DNA of 64,000 bases from Adineta vaga (lineage: Eukaryota; Animalia; Rotifera): assembly GCA_021613535.1 (NCBI GenBank), contig CP075492.1, forward strand, positions 17,236,001 through 17,300,000, in the 5' to 3' direction. Positions 1-13,121 of this stretch are shown here, one piece after another. Numbering within the stretch: position 1 is the first letter of the stretch; each line of letters opens with the position of its first letter. The notes beneath the pieces were generated by a model. The model had not been told where the DNA came from and did no database searches. It saw only the letters and a list, made by a program, of their open reading frames with translations. Made by a program: the position numbers and the translations under genes.

Positions 1-537
1 CATTTGATGAAATTCATTGTTGTGATGCTGCAAACTTCTTGAGAGGTAAACTCATTATTTTTGTTTAAAACAGATTGCTATAATCACTATGTTTAGAGTA
101 TCGAAACCAAAATCGTGCAAATCCATCAATACACAATCTATCAAAAAGTATGCCACCTCTCTTTTGGAACCATCCACAATCGAGTAAGTGATCAGCGAAA
201 TCATCTGACATTCTGATTTCATATCAACTTAAATTTAGTTTCTCGTCGTTGTGATGATAAGAATTATAATGAAGCAACGATCAGACATAAGATGAAATTG
301 CTGGAAAAATGTATCTTATTTTTCGTTCTATTATTTATGGTTATAAATACAGAATTATTATTTTTCTCTCTTTGGAACAATATTCAATTTCGTCAAATAG
401 AAGAAGAAAATCTTCAATTTATGAAAATGATAAAAGCAATAAAAACTAAACAAAATGAGAATGCGGTAAACTTAAATCAATCGGAAAGCAAATTGGAAAA
501 TCTCGGAAGTAAGAGTGTGCTTCACCCTTCTCTCTAA
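1..537 (+). CDS. 3' part of a multi-exon gene running in from the window edge; possible CFAP97-like coiled-coil protein
   Basis: Apparent GT-AG introns at about 46-96 and 184-238. Final segment RQIEEENLQFMKMIKAIK resembles the IExEN motif of CFAP97-type proteins (weak recognition). Confidence 0.3.
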
Positions 538-1790
538 GAATAGGTATCATAATGATCTCACTTTGTTACCGTCGAGTCGTCTGATAGACTAACCATTCAG
601 AAAAATAGCTTCTCCATATACATCATCATTGCCCTCAAGAGACTCTTGTTTTAGATCAACACTTCTAGAAATTTCAAAATGAATTATGAATATAGATTTA
701 CCGTGAAAGAATTTTTTAAACAGCGGTTTTATAAAAACCTATCCGTGCTATTTTTAATTGAAAATTAAATGGAAATCCATATATCAGAGTTTCAGTTCTA
801 ATCTCGACACATATTCGTGCAGGAAGTTCCGAGAACAGTGGATCATAATCAATTAACTTTATACCGAATAAAAATGATTGGAATTTTAATGTAGCTTGAA
901 AGATTTGTAAGGTAGAAAAGTCGATTCAAACACATTATCATCTAGATGAACTTATTTTAATCGCTTTTTATCTTGACTTCAATCTGAAAGCATTAACTGA
1001 TCAATTTGCGATCATATTTTATTGATTGATGTGATTGTAGAGTGAAGGAAAGTCTTGTCTCTCATGTCTGATTTCGTGCAATCGAATCTAACTGTGTAAG
1101 ACATTTCAGACTTTACATTTCTCGCATGTTTGTCTAAAATATTCATCTTGAAATTGATTTTTAACTACAACGAATCATTCAAAAGTACAGCCCTTTTCTT
1201 ACTCATAATCATCTGAACGGTTAGTACCAAGAATAAATTTTCATTTAGCGATATATTATAACAAATAATCTGCAGAAACTTCTTTTCCAAACTTACGATT
1301 TCTGAAGTATAATTTTCGCTCAAGCATTAAATCAACATACCATCGTGAGTGTACTATGACGTGTCCACTAGGCCCAAAAACAATGTGTCGGACTGATATA
1401 CATTCATTGTCTGTCTATTACATGGGTGACATTGATCGAGATAAGCCCAAATCATATTTTTCGAATCCGAACGGGAAATAATGGAATAAGAGTTAAACTG
1501 CTTTGCCCAACAGCACGATTAAAACTATTGTCAGCAACTAACTTGAATTCTATCAAAATATTTCATTTTAAACGTAGAAAACTAGAATCCCGCTTTAAAA
1601 AACATGCAGATCTCGCCCTTCCCTACCCAAACGTACATAATTTGTCTCTCCATCAATAAGAAGCCTCCCATTTTCTATAGATTCCTTCCTCTGTACAGCT
1701 GAAAATTCGATAACGGATAATGACACTAAGCCAGTAAGTAATTTGTTAAACATATCATATCCTACGTATTCGCAGAGTAATCGAACCATC

Positions 1791-1842
1791 TTGAGGGTGG
1801 TTGTTGGTGATCATTCATACCTTCAATCTACATTCACAGCCT
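1791..1842. repeat. Telomere-like inverted-arm element (degenerate)
   Basis: ttgagggtggttgttggt-gatcattcataccttca(17)-atctacattcacagcct. Confidence 0.6.
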
Positions 1843-2399
1843 TACAAACCCTTAAGAATGAATATAAGAAAAAATTTGAAAAAGAAACTAAACATTCAAT
1901 TGCATTATATATTAGACGAGAATAAATATCAAATTTATTTATTATTATGAATTGACAATTCGAGTGTAACATTCAGAAAACTATAAACAATTTTGGAATG
2001 TTGATCCATACAATGAGTACATTTACAATGACCTTCTTTTTATGGTCTATAATTGGGACACGCACAATGATTACACGGTCAATTGGCTTGCCTGTCATCG
2101 TCAATTTCTTTGACTTCAGTGACTATTTATTATTGTTACTTTTTTTCTTTGATTCGAAAAAAACATAGATTGTCTTGGTTCTCTCATTCACATCAACCGT
2201 CTAAATGGATTAGAAAAATTTTCAGATGAAAATGAAAAATAAATAGAAATTACAAAATGGAAAACGATTTAGATATCAAGATGAATGTAATTCACGTATT
2301 CTATTGCTATGCGATTGAATGCAACTGCGACATTTCATTACTGTTGTAAGATATTGCGTAAAAAAGATTTCAAAACTGATTAAATGAGGCAGATAATAA

Positions 2400-2446
2400 A
2401 GGTATGAATGTACAGACTATGAAATCACACACCCATACACACCTCA
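2400..2446. repeat. Telomere-like inverted-arm element (degenerate)
   Basis: aggtatgaat-gtacagactatgaaatc(17)-acacacccatacacacctca. Confidence 0.55.
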
Positions 2447-2978
2447 TGTCAAACATTACGATACGATTCAGTTTTTTCTAATTTTTTAAAAATATAATTG
2501 TTTTATCGATTACGAAGAAAATTTTCCATTAAAATAATATTTCTATACTGAATATACAACAAAACTTATGTCAACAAAGGAGAAAACCTTTCTTGTGCAC
2601 TTTTCTCCTATGCATATCAGAATTGTTTTATTCTTTAATATTACCACTTTTTGTAATAACCTGTTTTTTATCTGATATGATATTTACTTTTCTATTGTTA
2701 TGTCTAATATTTTAATAAAACTGCTATGTTGAAAAAAATACATGACATGTCATTTTTCAATGTAGGTAGTTGATAGACAGCTCTCGATATTATCAGTAGA
2801 ACTAATCATAATATAGTATTTGTTAAGTTTGACACTGATGACATGTATTTACCTTTGTTTCAAATTAAAATGACGTTTCGTTGATATACAACTGCGGAGA
2901 ACATATTTAGGTTGATGGATGTTAATATTATTTTCTACATCGTATATAAGTAAACTAGATGTGTTACTCGTACTAATT

Positions 2979-5900
2979 ATGTTGTATTATGGATTTTTTT
3001 ATATTTATTATATAATTATATTCTCTTCATCAATTGCCCAATATGATACGAATTATCGACTAAATTTGTACAATGTTTATTGGCAAGAAATGTTTTTGTC
3101 AGGAGCTGTATCATTGGAATATGATTGTTTATATTACGTTAAAAATGATGCCATTATAGAATTTGATGAAAGTTACGATTGGGCACATGAGCTACTGACA
3201 TATTGCATTCGGCCTGATAATCAAAGTTCAATATCTAATACTAATCAATTTAACTCACTATTATTTGATCAGAATAATTACACGTTTGCCCAATTGGAAA
3301 TAAATGCAGTCACAGTTACTCAACTATTCGAATGGTCGGCACCAATTGAAATAATTGAAAACTATCAAAGATACTTAGAAAATAAGGATAATGACATTGT
3401 AACAAGAGCAACGAACACAGATGAAAAATATAGGTTTTACAATTGCACGCCACCTTGGTTTGGATCTCGCTGTCAGTATTCACTTATGTGGGCAGCATCC
3501 ACATTGGAACTTTTTATTGATCAAATATTTTCTGATGCCCACCTTTCTCCAACTTTACCTGCATGTTATATTCATCTGGATTGTAATCGTGGATCGGCAC
3601 GACTATGTCTCGATTGGCGTGAAATATGTGATGGAAAAAACGATTGTTTAAATGGAAAAGATGAAGAGCAATGTTGGGAGTTGGAAGCTAATCAATGTGA
3701 AGAAAATGAATATCGATGTCATAATGGACAATGTATTCCACTAGCGTTTCAAAATGATGGAATATTAAATCCAGATTGTATGGACCGAACTGATGAGTTA
3801 AAACCAATAAGCTATCCGAAAAAATGTATACATGATCCAACATTTCGCTGTGAAGAAAGTTCATGTTATCCAATACCAGGTAACAAACAACCATTTGCTT
3901 GTGGGGATGGAGAATGCATTGGTCCTAATGGAAAATGTAATAATAATCGTCATCTATATGCACAAGTTTCTATTCCTACAACGGATATGAACGCAGCATG
4001 TTGGCAGGCAATGATTTGCTTAACAGGTCAAAAAGAAAGAAATGAGTGTTCTTGTGTCGAAGGAGTTGAGATACCATGTATTTCAATAGCAGCGTACAGG
4101 TGTCCTTTAGATTATTTTATCTTTCCAAAAACACCAATTGTATCGAATCACGTTTACTTGATGTATAAAAGACCTGATATGAGTGACATTGGAAATACAA
4201 TTGAGCCTAGCTATGTATGTTTTGATAAAGACTTATGTACAATGCCAACTACAATTATACACGAGGTTTTGAATCATACTTGTATTGACTATGCTGAAGA
4301 AATTGGTGTCAAACTAGCACCGTATCCGGGATGGAATACAATGTTAAGTATTCTTCAAACCGTTTTCTTGAAAATATGTGTATCTCCCATGATTGAGTGC
4401 CCACATCCATCATTGTATAGATGTAATCATACATCAAAATGTATTTCTATTTATCGTCTTCGTGATGGCATTAATGATTGTCAGTTAAATGACGATGAAA
4501 AATTTACAAATACTTGTTCACTTAACTGGAATAATATGGCTCGTTTCAAATGTTCTGGTGAAAACGTATGCTTGTCAATGTTAACAATTCAGAACGGAAT
4601 CAGTGAGTGTTTGAATGGTGAAGATGAAATGAGTGAGTTTGAACGTCATTTACAAAATTATATTACAATACAACACACTTCTGATGGGATTCAACATTTG
4701 CTACCTATTAAGATCAATGGTCGAAATGAAACAGATGAAACTGAATGTGGAATGTGGAAATGTAATAACAGTTACACACATTGTAATTCAGTATGGAATT
4801 GTCCGAAAGGTGAAGATGAAGTTGAATGTAAGAATACTCCGATCATCTGTTCACCGCTACAACGTCCATGCATTTTACCAAATACGACTCAATTATTTTG
4901 TTTATCGATTACAGAAATCAATGATAACTATATGCATTGTATGGGCGGATCAGATGAGAGAGAATTATGTCGATCGATGTATCCATGGAAGAAAAAACGT
5001 CGTTATCATTGTTGGAATCGTAATGAGTGTGTAGAGTTAGAATCTCTAAAAGAATGTAAAACAGAGGAAGATACCAGGCTCTGGAATATTATTGCCACAC
5101 AGAAAAGATGTATCGATAATGTTATGCAGATTCGTTCTATGTCATCAATTAAACAACATCTTTGTAGCTTGATAGATTGAACCTATTTCGAACCCCCAAA
5201 TTTCTCATTTTTAGACGCTAACAGTAAATCAGACAGCAACAGATACACACTTAGAAAATTTCGGAGAGGAATATTTGATATATTAGATCCGTCGTTATCG
5301 CTGCAAAAAAACTCTTCGTTCTCATACATCTCGCAGTATTCCTTACTTAAACAAGATTTACAAGCAGCAACCTCGTACTCCTCTCTACCGATGAGCTTAA
5401 ATAGTGATTTAACTCGTAATCAAATATCGAAATATATTCATCCTGCCAGTGTAGTAAAAAGTGAACACAAAGATGGATATGCATGTCATCGCGGGATCAG
5501 TATATATGTCAGAACGTTAAATAAATCAGAGTTAAAATGTATGTGTCCACCTAGTACTTATGGATATTACTGTCTATATCAAAGCCAACGTGTCAGTTTG
5601 ACTGTAAAAGTTCGAAGTGCAACCGATTGGCTAAGTGTGTTTACGTTTGTCTTTCTACTTATCACCGATCAAAATGAAATCGAATCATACGATTATCGTT
5701 ATTACAGTTCGATTACTGACTGCATACTCAAATGGAATATTTACTTGCTTTATCGGACTCGTCCTAAAGATGCATCAAAGAATTACAGTATACGTATTTA
5801 TGTTTATAAACGTCAAGCAACCGCTCTTGAATATCGAACAAGTTGGCACTATCCACTTTATTTTTCGTTTCTACCTGTACAACGTATGGCGATTCAAATT

Positions 5901-7880
5901 ACCATTCCATCATTGACAACAATCATTCGAGAAAGTATTTGTTCACTTGCCTGCAATAAACATGGATCATGTATAGTTGCGAATATTAACACAACAAAAA
6001 AATTATTTCTTTGTCGTTGTGATCCTGGTTGGTATGGATTTTATTGTCAATATGCTCAAAACTCATCGTTGACATGCTCATGTGCTCCAAATTCTTTATG
6101 TATCAGTAATTATCCTATCTCAATTTGTATTTGTTCTCTTGGTAGAGGTGGCCCGAAATGTTGGATTAAAATTGATGATTGTCAAGGTCTAAATAGATGT
6201 CAAAATGGTGGTCAATGTACTGTATATGACGAAAGGCAACGATGGTATGCTCCGATATGCGTATGTCCTGATGATTATCGTGGACCTTTGTGCGAATTTC
6301 CTCTGCAAAAATTTCTTATTACATTTCATTATACAATACAAATTCCATCGTTAGTATTTTTGCATTTTATTAGCTATGATACATACCTTTACAAGCGAAT
6401 CACATCATTCAAAAAAATTAATCCGTATGAAACTTCAGCCACTATTCGCACGACTATATCAAATATGTATCTACCGATTTTATTCATTGAATATGAAGAT
6501 AAATATTATGTATTTCCTTTCGTAAAAGACAAAGACAAAGAGACTAATATACACGTGCACTCTGAAAATCGATGTTTATCGATAAACGATTTATTCAATT
6601 CAAGTCTTGTTCAATTACATCGTATTCGTCGCATTAAATACTATCACTGGTTTTGTCAAAAACATCTTGATCTAATGTGTTTTTATGACAAAATTGATGT
6701 ATGTTTATGTAACGATAAACGAGAAGCTGTTTGTATAAGATTTGATCAAAATACAGAATATATTTGTCAAGATGATTCTGGTAACTGTGAAAATGGAGGA
6801 GAATGTTTTCAAGACGATATTCAATGTCCTTCTCGGGCGATCTGTCGTTGTCCAACTTGTTTTCATGGTTCCAAATGTCAATTTTCAACTAAAAGTTTTT
6901 CATTGTCACTTGATAACATTCTCGGTTATCAAATTCGTCCAAATTCAAATCTTCGAAACCAGTTAAGTGTGGTTAAGTTTAGTTTAGTTTTCGTTGTTAT
7001 TATGTGGTTTATTGGTATCCTCAATGGTATTATTTCGATTATGACTTTTATTCAGAATAAATCCTGCGAAGTTGGCTCTGGTTTTTATCTTCTTTCTAAT
7101 TCTTTGATATCCATCTTAATAATAATCTTGTTTGCTTCAAAATTTATTATTCTTATTTTGACACAAACTTCTCATATTAATCATAAGATGTTTCTTCTTG
7201 TTCAATGTATATCAATCGATTTTCTCCTTCGAACTTGTGTTAATTTCGGAGATTGGCTTAATGCATGCGTAGCTGTTGAACGAGCATTAACTGTAATACA
7301 AGGTATTTATTTCAATAAAGAAAGAAGTAAACGAATAGCTAAATGGACAATAGTTTCACTTTTTCTCATCACTGCTAGCACGAATTTACATGATCCACTT
7401 AATCGTCATCTGATCATCGATGAAGACGAACAAAGAATATGGTGTATAGTACGTTACTCGTCATTTAGCGAAGCGTATAATTCTATCTCACAAATTCTTC
7501 ATTTTGCTTTACCATTTGTATTGAATATCATATCATCGTTGTTTATTATTATTGGTATTTCTCGAAGACGCTCTCGAACTCAGAAAGACCAAACATTCAA
7601 AAACAGTATCTCTAAACAATTGATTCTTCATAAACATCTTCTCATTTCACCTATTACACTGATTTTACTAGCTACACCTCGTCTTATTATCTCATTAGTT
7701 TCCGGCTGTATGAAAATAGATCGTAATCCTTGGCTTCCTCTTATTGGTTATTTTATATCATTCATTCCTTCACTTCTTATTTTTGTCGTCTTTGTTTTAC
7801 CTTCAAAAGCTTATAAAACTGAATGCAAAAATATCTTGAAGAGTATTTATCATCGAATTCGTCAACGCGCTTATATATAA
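2979..7880 (+). CDS. Large LDL-receptor class A repeat / EGF / 7TM rhodopsin-like GPCR, interrupted by one in-frame TGA (5178-5180)
   Basis: Signal-like N-terminus, LDLa repeats (CDGKNDCLNGKDEEQC, CEENEYRCHNGQCI), EGF repeats (CQNGGQC...CPDDYRGPLCE), and 7 hydrophobic helices with CVAVERA (DRY-like). ORFs 2919-5180 and 5391-7880 share a frame, and the 70 codons between them are stop-free. Confidence 0.85.
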
Positions 7881-7968
7881 ACTTCGAACTAAATCCAAAA
7901 CATGTTGGACATTCTGCTAATAATCATTTTTATTTGCTTAAGAAATAAAATAAAAAGATCTTTATGCA

Positions 7969-8011
7969 GTGTGGGTATGTGAGTGATGTATTTATTGATC
8001 ACCCACACCCT
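7969..8011. repeat. Telomere-like inverted-arm element
   Basis: gtgtgggtatgtgagt-gatgtatttattgatc(16)-acccacaccct. Confidence 0.75.
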
Positions 8012-8443
8012 AAATGTATGTATAAACGTATTTTTAATGAAAATCTATTGAGAAAAAGCAACTGATGTTATAGGATTTGATTGAATTAAAATAACAATTT
8101 ATTATCATGCAGAGATTGCGCTAAGAGCTTTTCAGTGATGTTTGATTTATTTGATAAAATGTAATGATGAATAGTTTTCAGTTTTTTAATCATACATTAC
8201 GATTGAAGATTATCAAGAAAATTTCCATTTTTTAAAAACAACCGATGTGTCCAAATAGTGATAAAGAATTTGTTTCCTCTAAGAATAATACAAAAAACAA
8301 AAATGAATTGTCGAAAAACAAACGTCACTCCATTTTTCTTTTCTCAAATGCGCAATAAACTTTGCCATTGTGTGTAAATATACACGTTATTTATTCTTTT
8401 TCTGTTTTAAAATGAAAACATTTTTCAAAAATAAAATAGAAGA

Positions 8444-9138
8444 ATGTTACTTTTTGCATCGTTATTAATATTTGCATTAATTCAATCAACTATTCCTTGT
8501 TCATGCATAACATTATCAATTGATGTGGAATTTGCTCAAACATCAATTATTTTTATTGGTCGTGTTGTTCATACAAATATTAAAGATCAAAATTCTATTT
8601 TTGGATATGCAGAAATGACAATGGAAGTTCAAGAATCAATCAAAGTTAGTTGAAATTATATATGAAATCCATCAATTTTAATTTCTCGTTCATTTGAATT
8701 TAGGGAACGAAAGTTGGAGAAAAGATTATCGTTCGTTCTGATTTAGAAGAATCAATATGTGGTTTGGGAGTGATTCCAGTGGGTTCACAATGGCAAATAT
8801 GGTTAACAATGGATAATCTCATACATCTCTGTTCGAGAAGTACATATGATGCGTATAAAGATATTGATATACTTAGAAATTTAGCCTTACGAGAACGAAT
8901 ATATGATGAGAATCAATCAAATCGAGAAAATAATTCAAAAAACATCAGTGACGAAAATAGTTCTGAGGAATATGATAATGAAAACGATTCGAAAGAGATT
9001 AACAACAAAGTTAGTTCTCAAATCTTTTCCGGTGAATATATTAAAATCGATAACGAAAACGTTAATATTGGATCAATATTCAAAATTGATCTTTTTTTAA
9101 AAATATTTTGTTTGATTTTATATTTTTTTGAATCTTAA
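8444..9138 (+). CDS. Secreted TIMP/NTR-like protein with acidic linker and hydrophobic C-terminal tail; 2 exons (8444-8644, 8704-9138)
   Basis: Signal peptide followed by C-S-C, then IFIGRV, ESICG and LCSR, the TIMP N-domain pattern. Intron 8645-8703 (gttagt...tttag) joins the two ORFs in frame. Confidence 0.7.
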
Positions 9139-9378
9139 ATAAATAAAATGATATTTTTCATCACAATCGCAAGAATCTGTCGATGAAAATGCTGATCATA
9201 TCAAATGAATTGAAATAAGCAAAAAATGTGATATTAAAAAGATTCGTTTAAGACTAAAGAAAGTAATATGTCAATATAAAGAGATTCAATCAAATATAGT
9301 AGTCGTCTATTGTTCGATTAAAAGACTGATAAAATGATCTATCATACAATATTTTCTTCATAGTAAAATATAAAATCG

Positions 9379-11376
9379 ATGATGTGGTTTATAATAATTT
9401 CAATATTGATTTTAATTTCGAGAGTTTTCACATTGATTTCTATTGGTATTAATATGGGTGCATTACGTGATTGGAATCGTAGTCTTCAATATGTTAATTT
9501 AATAAAACAATCACGTATATGGGGTAGTCCATCGACACCTTGGGATGGTAATGCGACATTTAATCCAATCACTGGATGGCCTACAAATGATTTTGGTGTA
9601 GTCATAGCTACAAATAATCTTGATATGGGTGGAAAATATTTCTTCTACGCCAAAGGTAATGCAAATATTTCAACAATTGATAGTTTATCGATCTATATAA
9701 CTGATCAAACATATGATAAATCGACTAATACCCTAACAGCTTGTATCAATGTTCCACAAGGTCAACCGGGAATAATATTGAGTTTTCGAAATACAACAGG
9801 TCCTGGTTTACAAGATATGGTTTTCTTACAATCAAATTATAATTTAACATCAAAATTCAATGTAACAAATTTAATGTTAACACATTTATCACGTTTTAAT
9901 CTAATACGTTTTATGGCATGGACTGATACAAATAATAATCCTGAAATGCATTGGAATGAAACAACATCATTATCTTGGCCACAATATACCCCACCGAAAC
10001 ATAATCCATGGCAAACAATTCCATTAATTATTAATCAATTCAATAAATCTATTGATATATGGATTAATATTCCATTCAATGCTTCGGATAATTATATTCT
10101 CAATATTGCACAATTAATGTCAAACGAATTAAATAATAAAACTATAATTTATGTTGAATATTCGAATGAATTATGGAATCGAGGATTTTCCCAAGCTAAA
10201 GATAATCTTTATGCTGCAAATGATTCTGTTCGTAATCATGGTGATCCATTACATTTAAATTATGATAATATAAAAGATATACATACATGGGCATTTAGAC
10301 GAACAGCCTATCAAATAAAACGAATATCGGATTTATTCAAAATGATATTTGGTAATGAAAATGTCGGTTCATGGAAACGTATTCGACCAATTTTAGCTGG
10401 TCAAACTGATAAACCACATGTGATTATGACTGGTTTAGATTATTTAAATGATCAATATGGTGCGCCATCAACATTTCTTCATGGTATTGCTATAGCTCCT
10501 TATATGACATTAGGAAAATATCGAACTTGGTCAAATTTAACAACTGATCAAGTACTTGATGTACTTAATTCAAGTATACAAAGATTTTTACCAGAACAAG
10601 GTTGGAGTCAACAAGCACCTCTTGGTGTTCATGGTATTTATGCTGCTTGGTATAAATTAGCTGTATATGCATATGAAGGAGGACCTGATACATCTTCTGG
10701 ATGTCAAGATTGTTCATTGGAAGCAAAAATAAATGCTACTCGACATCCTCGAATGATTGATTTATGCAAAATATATTTAAATGGTTGGTATCGATTTGGA
10801 TTTGAAATATTTAATTGGTATGTAGCTGGTGCAGGTAATATAGAATTATCAGGAACATGGAATTTATTAGAAGATATGAGACAAGAAACATTAATTGATA
10901 CGACAAAAATGTTTAATTCATCATCACCTGTTGCTCAATTACCACGACCATCACCAAAATTAAATGCAATAGATCAAATTCGACAAAGTTCAATTAAAAC
11001 AAATTTTGGAATTTCTTTGCCATCAGTCAATTTTAATGCAACAAACTTTATGAATCATCAAATTCCATATCCTGATCCTGATTTAAGAAATTTAAATCTA
11101 AATATGACATTTTATTATCCATTACAAATTCTTCAACCCTTCATACATCTAAATTTAACTGTTTATGTCGCAGGTAATTCAGGAATATTAGAAGCATCGA
11201 TTAATAATGCACAATTCATTCAAATTCAAACACCAAAAACAGCTAATATGACGATATTCCAAGCAGCACCTCTTATACAATTTAATATTAATCAAACCAT
11301 TCTATCATCAATTGTAACACTTCGTCTAAAAATTGTTGAGAATGGTTATTCCATTCGTAGTTTTGATGTTTTATAA
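9379..11376 (+). CDS. Secreted bacterial-like glycoside hydrolase (TIM-barrel type) protein, intronless, HGT candidate
   Basis: Signal peptide; motifs LIRFMAW, IWINIP, YVEYSNELWN and YAYEGG resemble bacterial carbohydrate-active proteins with two candidate catalytic Glu residues. Confidence 0.7.
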   Translation: MMWFIIISILILISRVFTLISIGINMGALRDWNRSLQYVNLIKQSRIWGSPSTPWDGNATFNPITGWPTNDFGVVIATNNLDMGGKYFFYAKGNANISTIDSLSIYITDQTYDKSTNTLTACINVPQGQPGIILSFRNTTGPGLQDMVFLQSNYNLTSKFNVTNLMLTHLSRFNLIRFMAWTDTNNNPEMHWNETTSLSWPQYTPPKHNPWQTIPLIINQFNKSIDIWINIPFNASDNYILNIAQLMSNELNNKTIIYVEYSNELWNRGFSQAKDNLYAANDSVRNHGDPLHLNYDNIKDIHTWAFRRTAYQIKRISDLFKMIFGNENVGSWKRIRPILAGQTDKPHVIMTGLDYLNDQYGAPSTFLHGIAIAPYMTLGKYRTWSNLTTDQVLDVLNSSIQRFLPEQGWSQQAPLGVHGIYAAWYKLAVYAYEGGPDTSSGCQDCSLEAKINATRHPRMIDLCKIYLNGWYRFGFEIFNWYVAGAGNIELSGTWNLLEDMRQETLIDTTKMFNSSSPVAQLPRPSPKLNAIDQIRQSSIKTNFGISLPSVNFNATNFMNHQIPYPDPDLRNLNLNMTFYYPLQILQPFIHLNLTVYVAGNSGILEASINNAQFIQIQTPKTANMTIFQAAPLIQFNINQTILSSIVTLRLKIVENGYSIRSFDVL

Positions 11377-11734
11377 AAAAAACAGAAACATACGTTCCGA
11401 CGACTTTTTTCTTTTTCTATGATCATAATTGACGGTATGAGAGAAAAAAATGTCACCATTATATCACTCAAGCGTCAAGAATAAATAGAAAGAAGAAAAA
11501 AGTGCGTTAGGGTCATTGAATCATTGTAAGAACGTTACTAGAAAAAAGTACTTTTAAACATGATCTTTTATATAGAACATTATTGAAATAGAAGTAGGAC
11601 AACATTTTCTTTTAGAATCTTTTATTTTTCACGTCGAATTGATATATTTAACTGTATGATATTTCGAACTCATTCATTATTATCTTTTCTCTGTCTTTTA
11701 ATGAGTTTTGTGTTTAGAGGGAGTTGATCGAAAA

Positions 11735-12355
11735 ATGATTCAATCACCAAACGATATTCATAATGAACCTCTGCCATCATCGATACGTCCGAAATGGCTT
11801 CAAAGAGCTATTGGTTTCTACTCACGAAAGTTTCATTTTATAGTTATGCCTATTGGCATTATAATGGCTGCTATTCATTTGAAATTTGCTATAACATATC
11901 TTGATCAATGTCCAATACAACCTATGATAAATATTTACATGATTGTTCATGCTTCGGTTCATCTCTTAATAATTTTACTTGCTCTTATTGGAGTAGTGAA
12001 TACACGATGCAATTTTCCTCGTGGTTTAGAAGAAGACAAGTCAATAGGAGTCGTTATTCTTGTTATTATTCTCGTTTCAACATTCGTCTTGTTTTTATTC
12101 AGTTTTGCTTGGTTAATTGCAGGTTCAATTTGGGTTTTTAGTGCGAAAGTTAATGGTGTTCAAGGAGATGTCCCTAGTGCCACAAATACCTATTGTCAAT
12201 CTGAATTATTTCGAGCTGCATTTGTTCTTTTAATCGTCAATTACATAATTCATGGTATTATCATATTTGTTGTTCTTCTAAGATATATTTGTTGCAAAAG
12301 AAAACCAATCCATCCTCCTGACATGTATATGAATAATATGAACAATAAAATCTAG
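11735..12355 (+). CDS. TMEM272-like four-TM membrane protein
   Basis: Four hydrophobic segments; CPIQPMINIYMIV, WLIAGSIWVF and YCQSELFRAAF match the TMEM272 family pattern. Confidence 0.7.
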   Translation: MIQSPNDIHNEPLPSSIRPKWLQRAIGFYSRKFHFIVMPIGIIMAAIHLKFAITYLDQCPIQPMINIYMIVHASVHLLIILLALIGVVNTRCNFPRGLEEDKSIGVVILVIILVSTFVLFLFSFAWLIAGSIWVFSAKVNGVQGDVPSATNTYCQSELFRAAFVLLIVNYIIHGIIIFVVLLRYICCKRKPIHPPDMYMNNMNNKI

Positions 12356-13121
12356 TTATTTAGAAGTTTTCATTGTATTATTTTTGAGAAAAATAAAATA
12401 ATTGCAGTAGTATTAAACTTGAAATCAATTGAAACACAAAGTTTCAATTCAAGCTTCAAATGAACTATACCAGATTGGCACTTTAATTTATCAATAGCTG
12501 TGCTTTGGCGATCCTCTTTTCCTGATTTTCACTGGTACGGAAGTGTACGTTTCGAGAATATGTTTCTGTTTACTCCTATTGGTATAACTTAATTGTTTGA
12601 TGTTGACGATATAGGTGAGAGTGAGTGTACGATTAGAGACAGTCAAATATACACTTATCCTCAACATGGATAAGTCGCACTACGACCTCTCAACCTTTTT
12701 CTTATAGAGATTGAGCGTTTAGGGAACCAACAGGCAGATATTCTTTATATATGAAGAGAAATTAAAAAACGTTCTTTTTTCAATGGTATATGTTCATAGA
12801 TATTACACTGAACACACAACTATATTCTAATGAAAGAATTACTTCATATAAATATTCCTGTGCCATTTGTTCCTATTTTAATTTTTTGAAAACTAAATAT
12901 GAATTATTTATTCGTCTGACTATAATAATTCATACCTGAGCGTCTATAGGTATGTTATTTTTAAAACAACACGTTCTTCGCAAGTACTTTTGTTTTGTCT
13001 ATTTTCAAGTTACCCAGTCTGACAAAAGCAGATTCTTGACGATAATATCCTTTTTTTCTTTTTTCATAAGAATTTATAATAAACAGAAAGAATCTTTTCT
13101 TATTTCTATTAGTAAAATCCA

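Noticed and set aside
1180-2200. Minus-strand protein-like fragments (e.g. 1595-1789)
   Set aside because: Multiple stops and no family that I can recognise; at most a decayed gene.
5178-5180. Selenocysteine recoding of the in-frame TGA
   Set aside because: No recognisable SECIS in the short AT-rich 3' region, and the stop is not at an obvious conserved Cys position.
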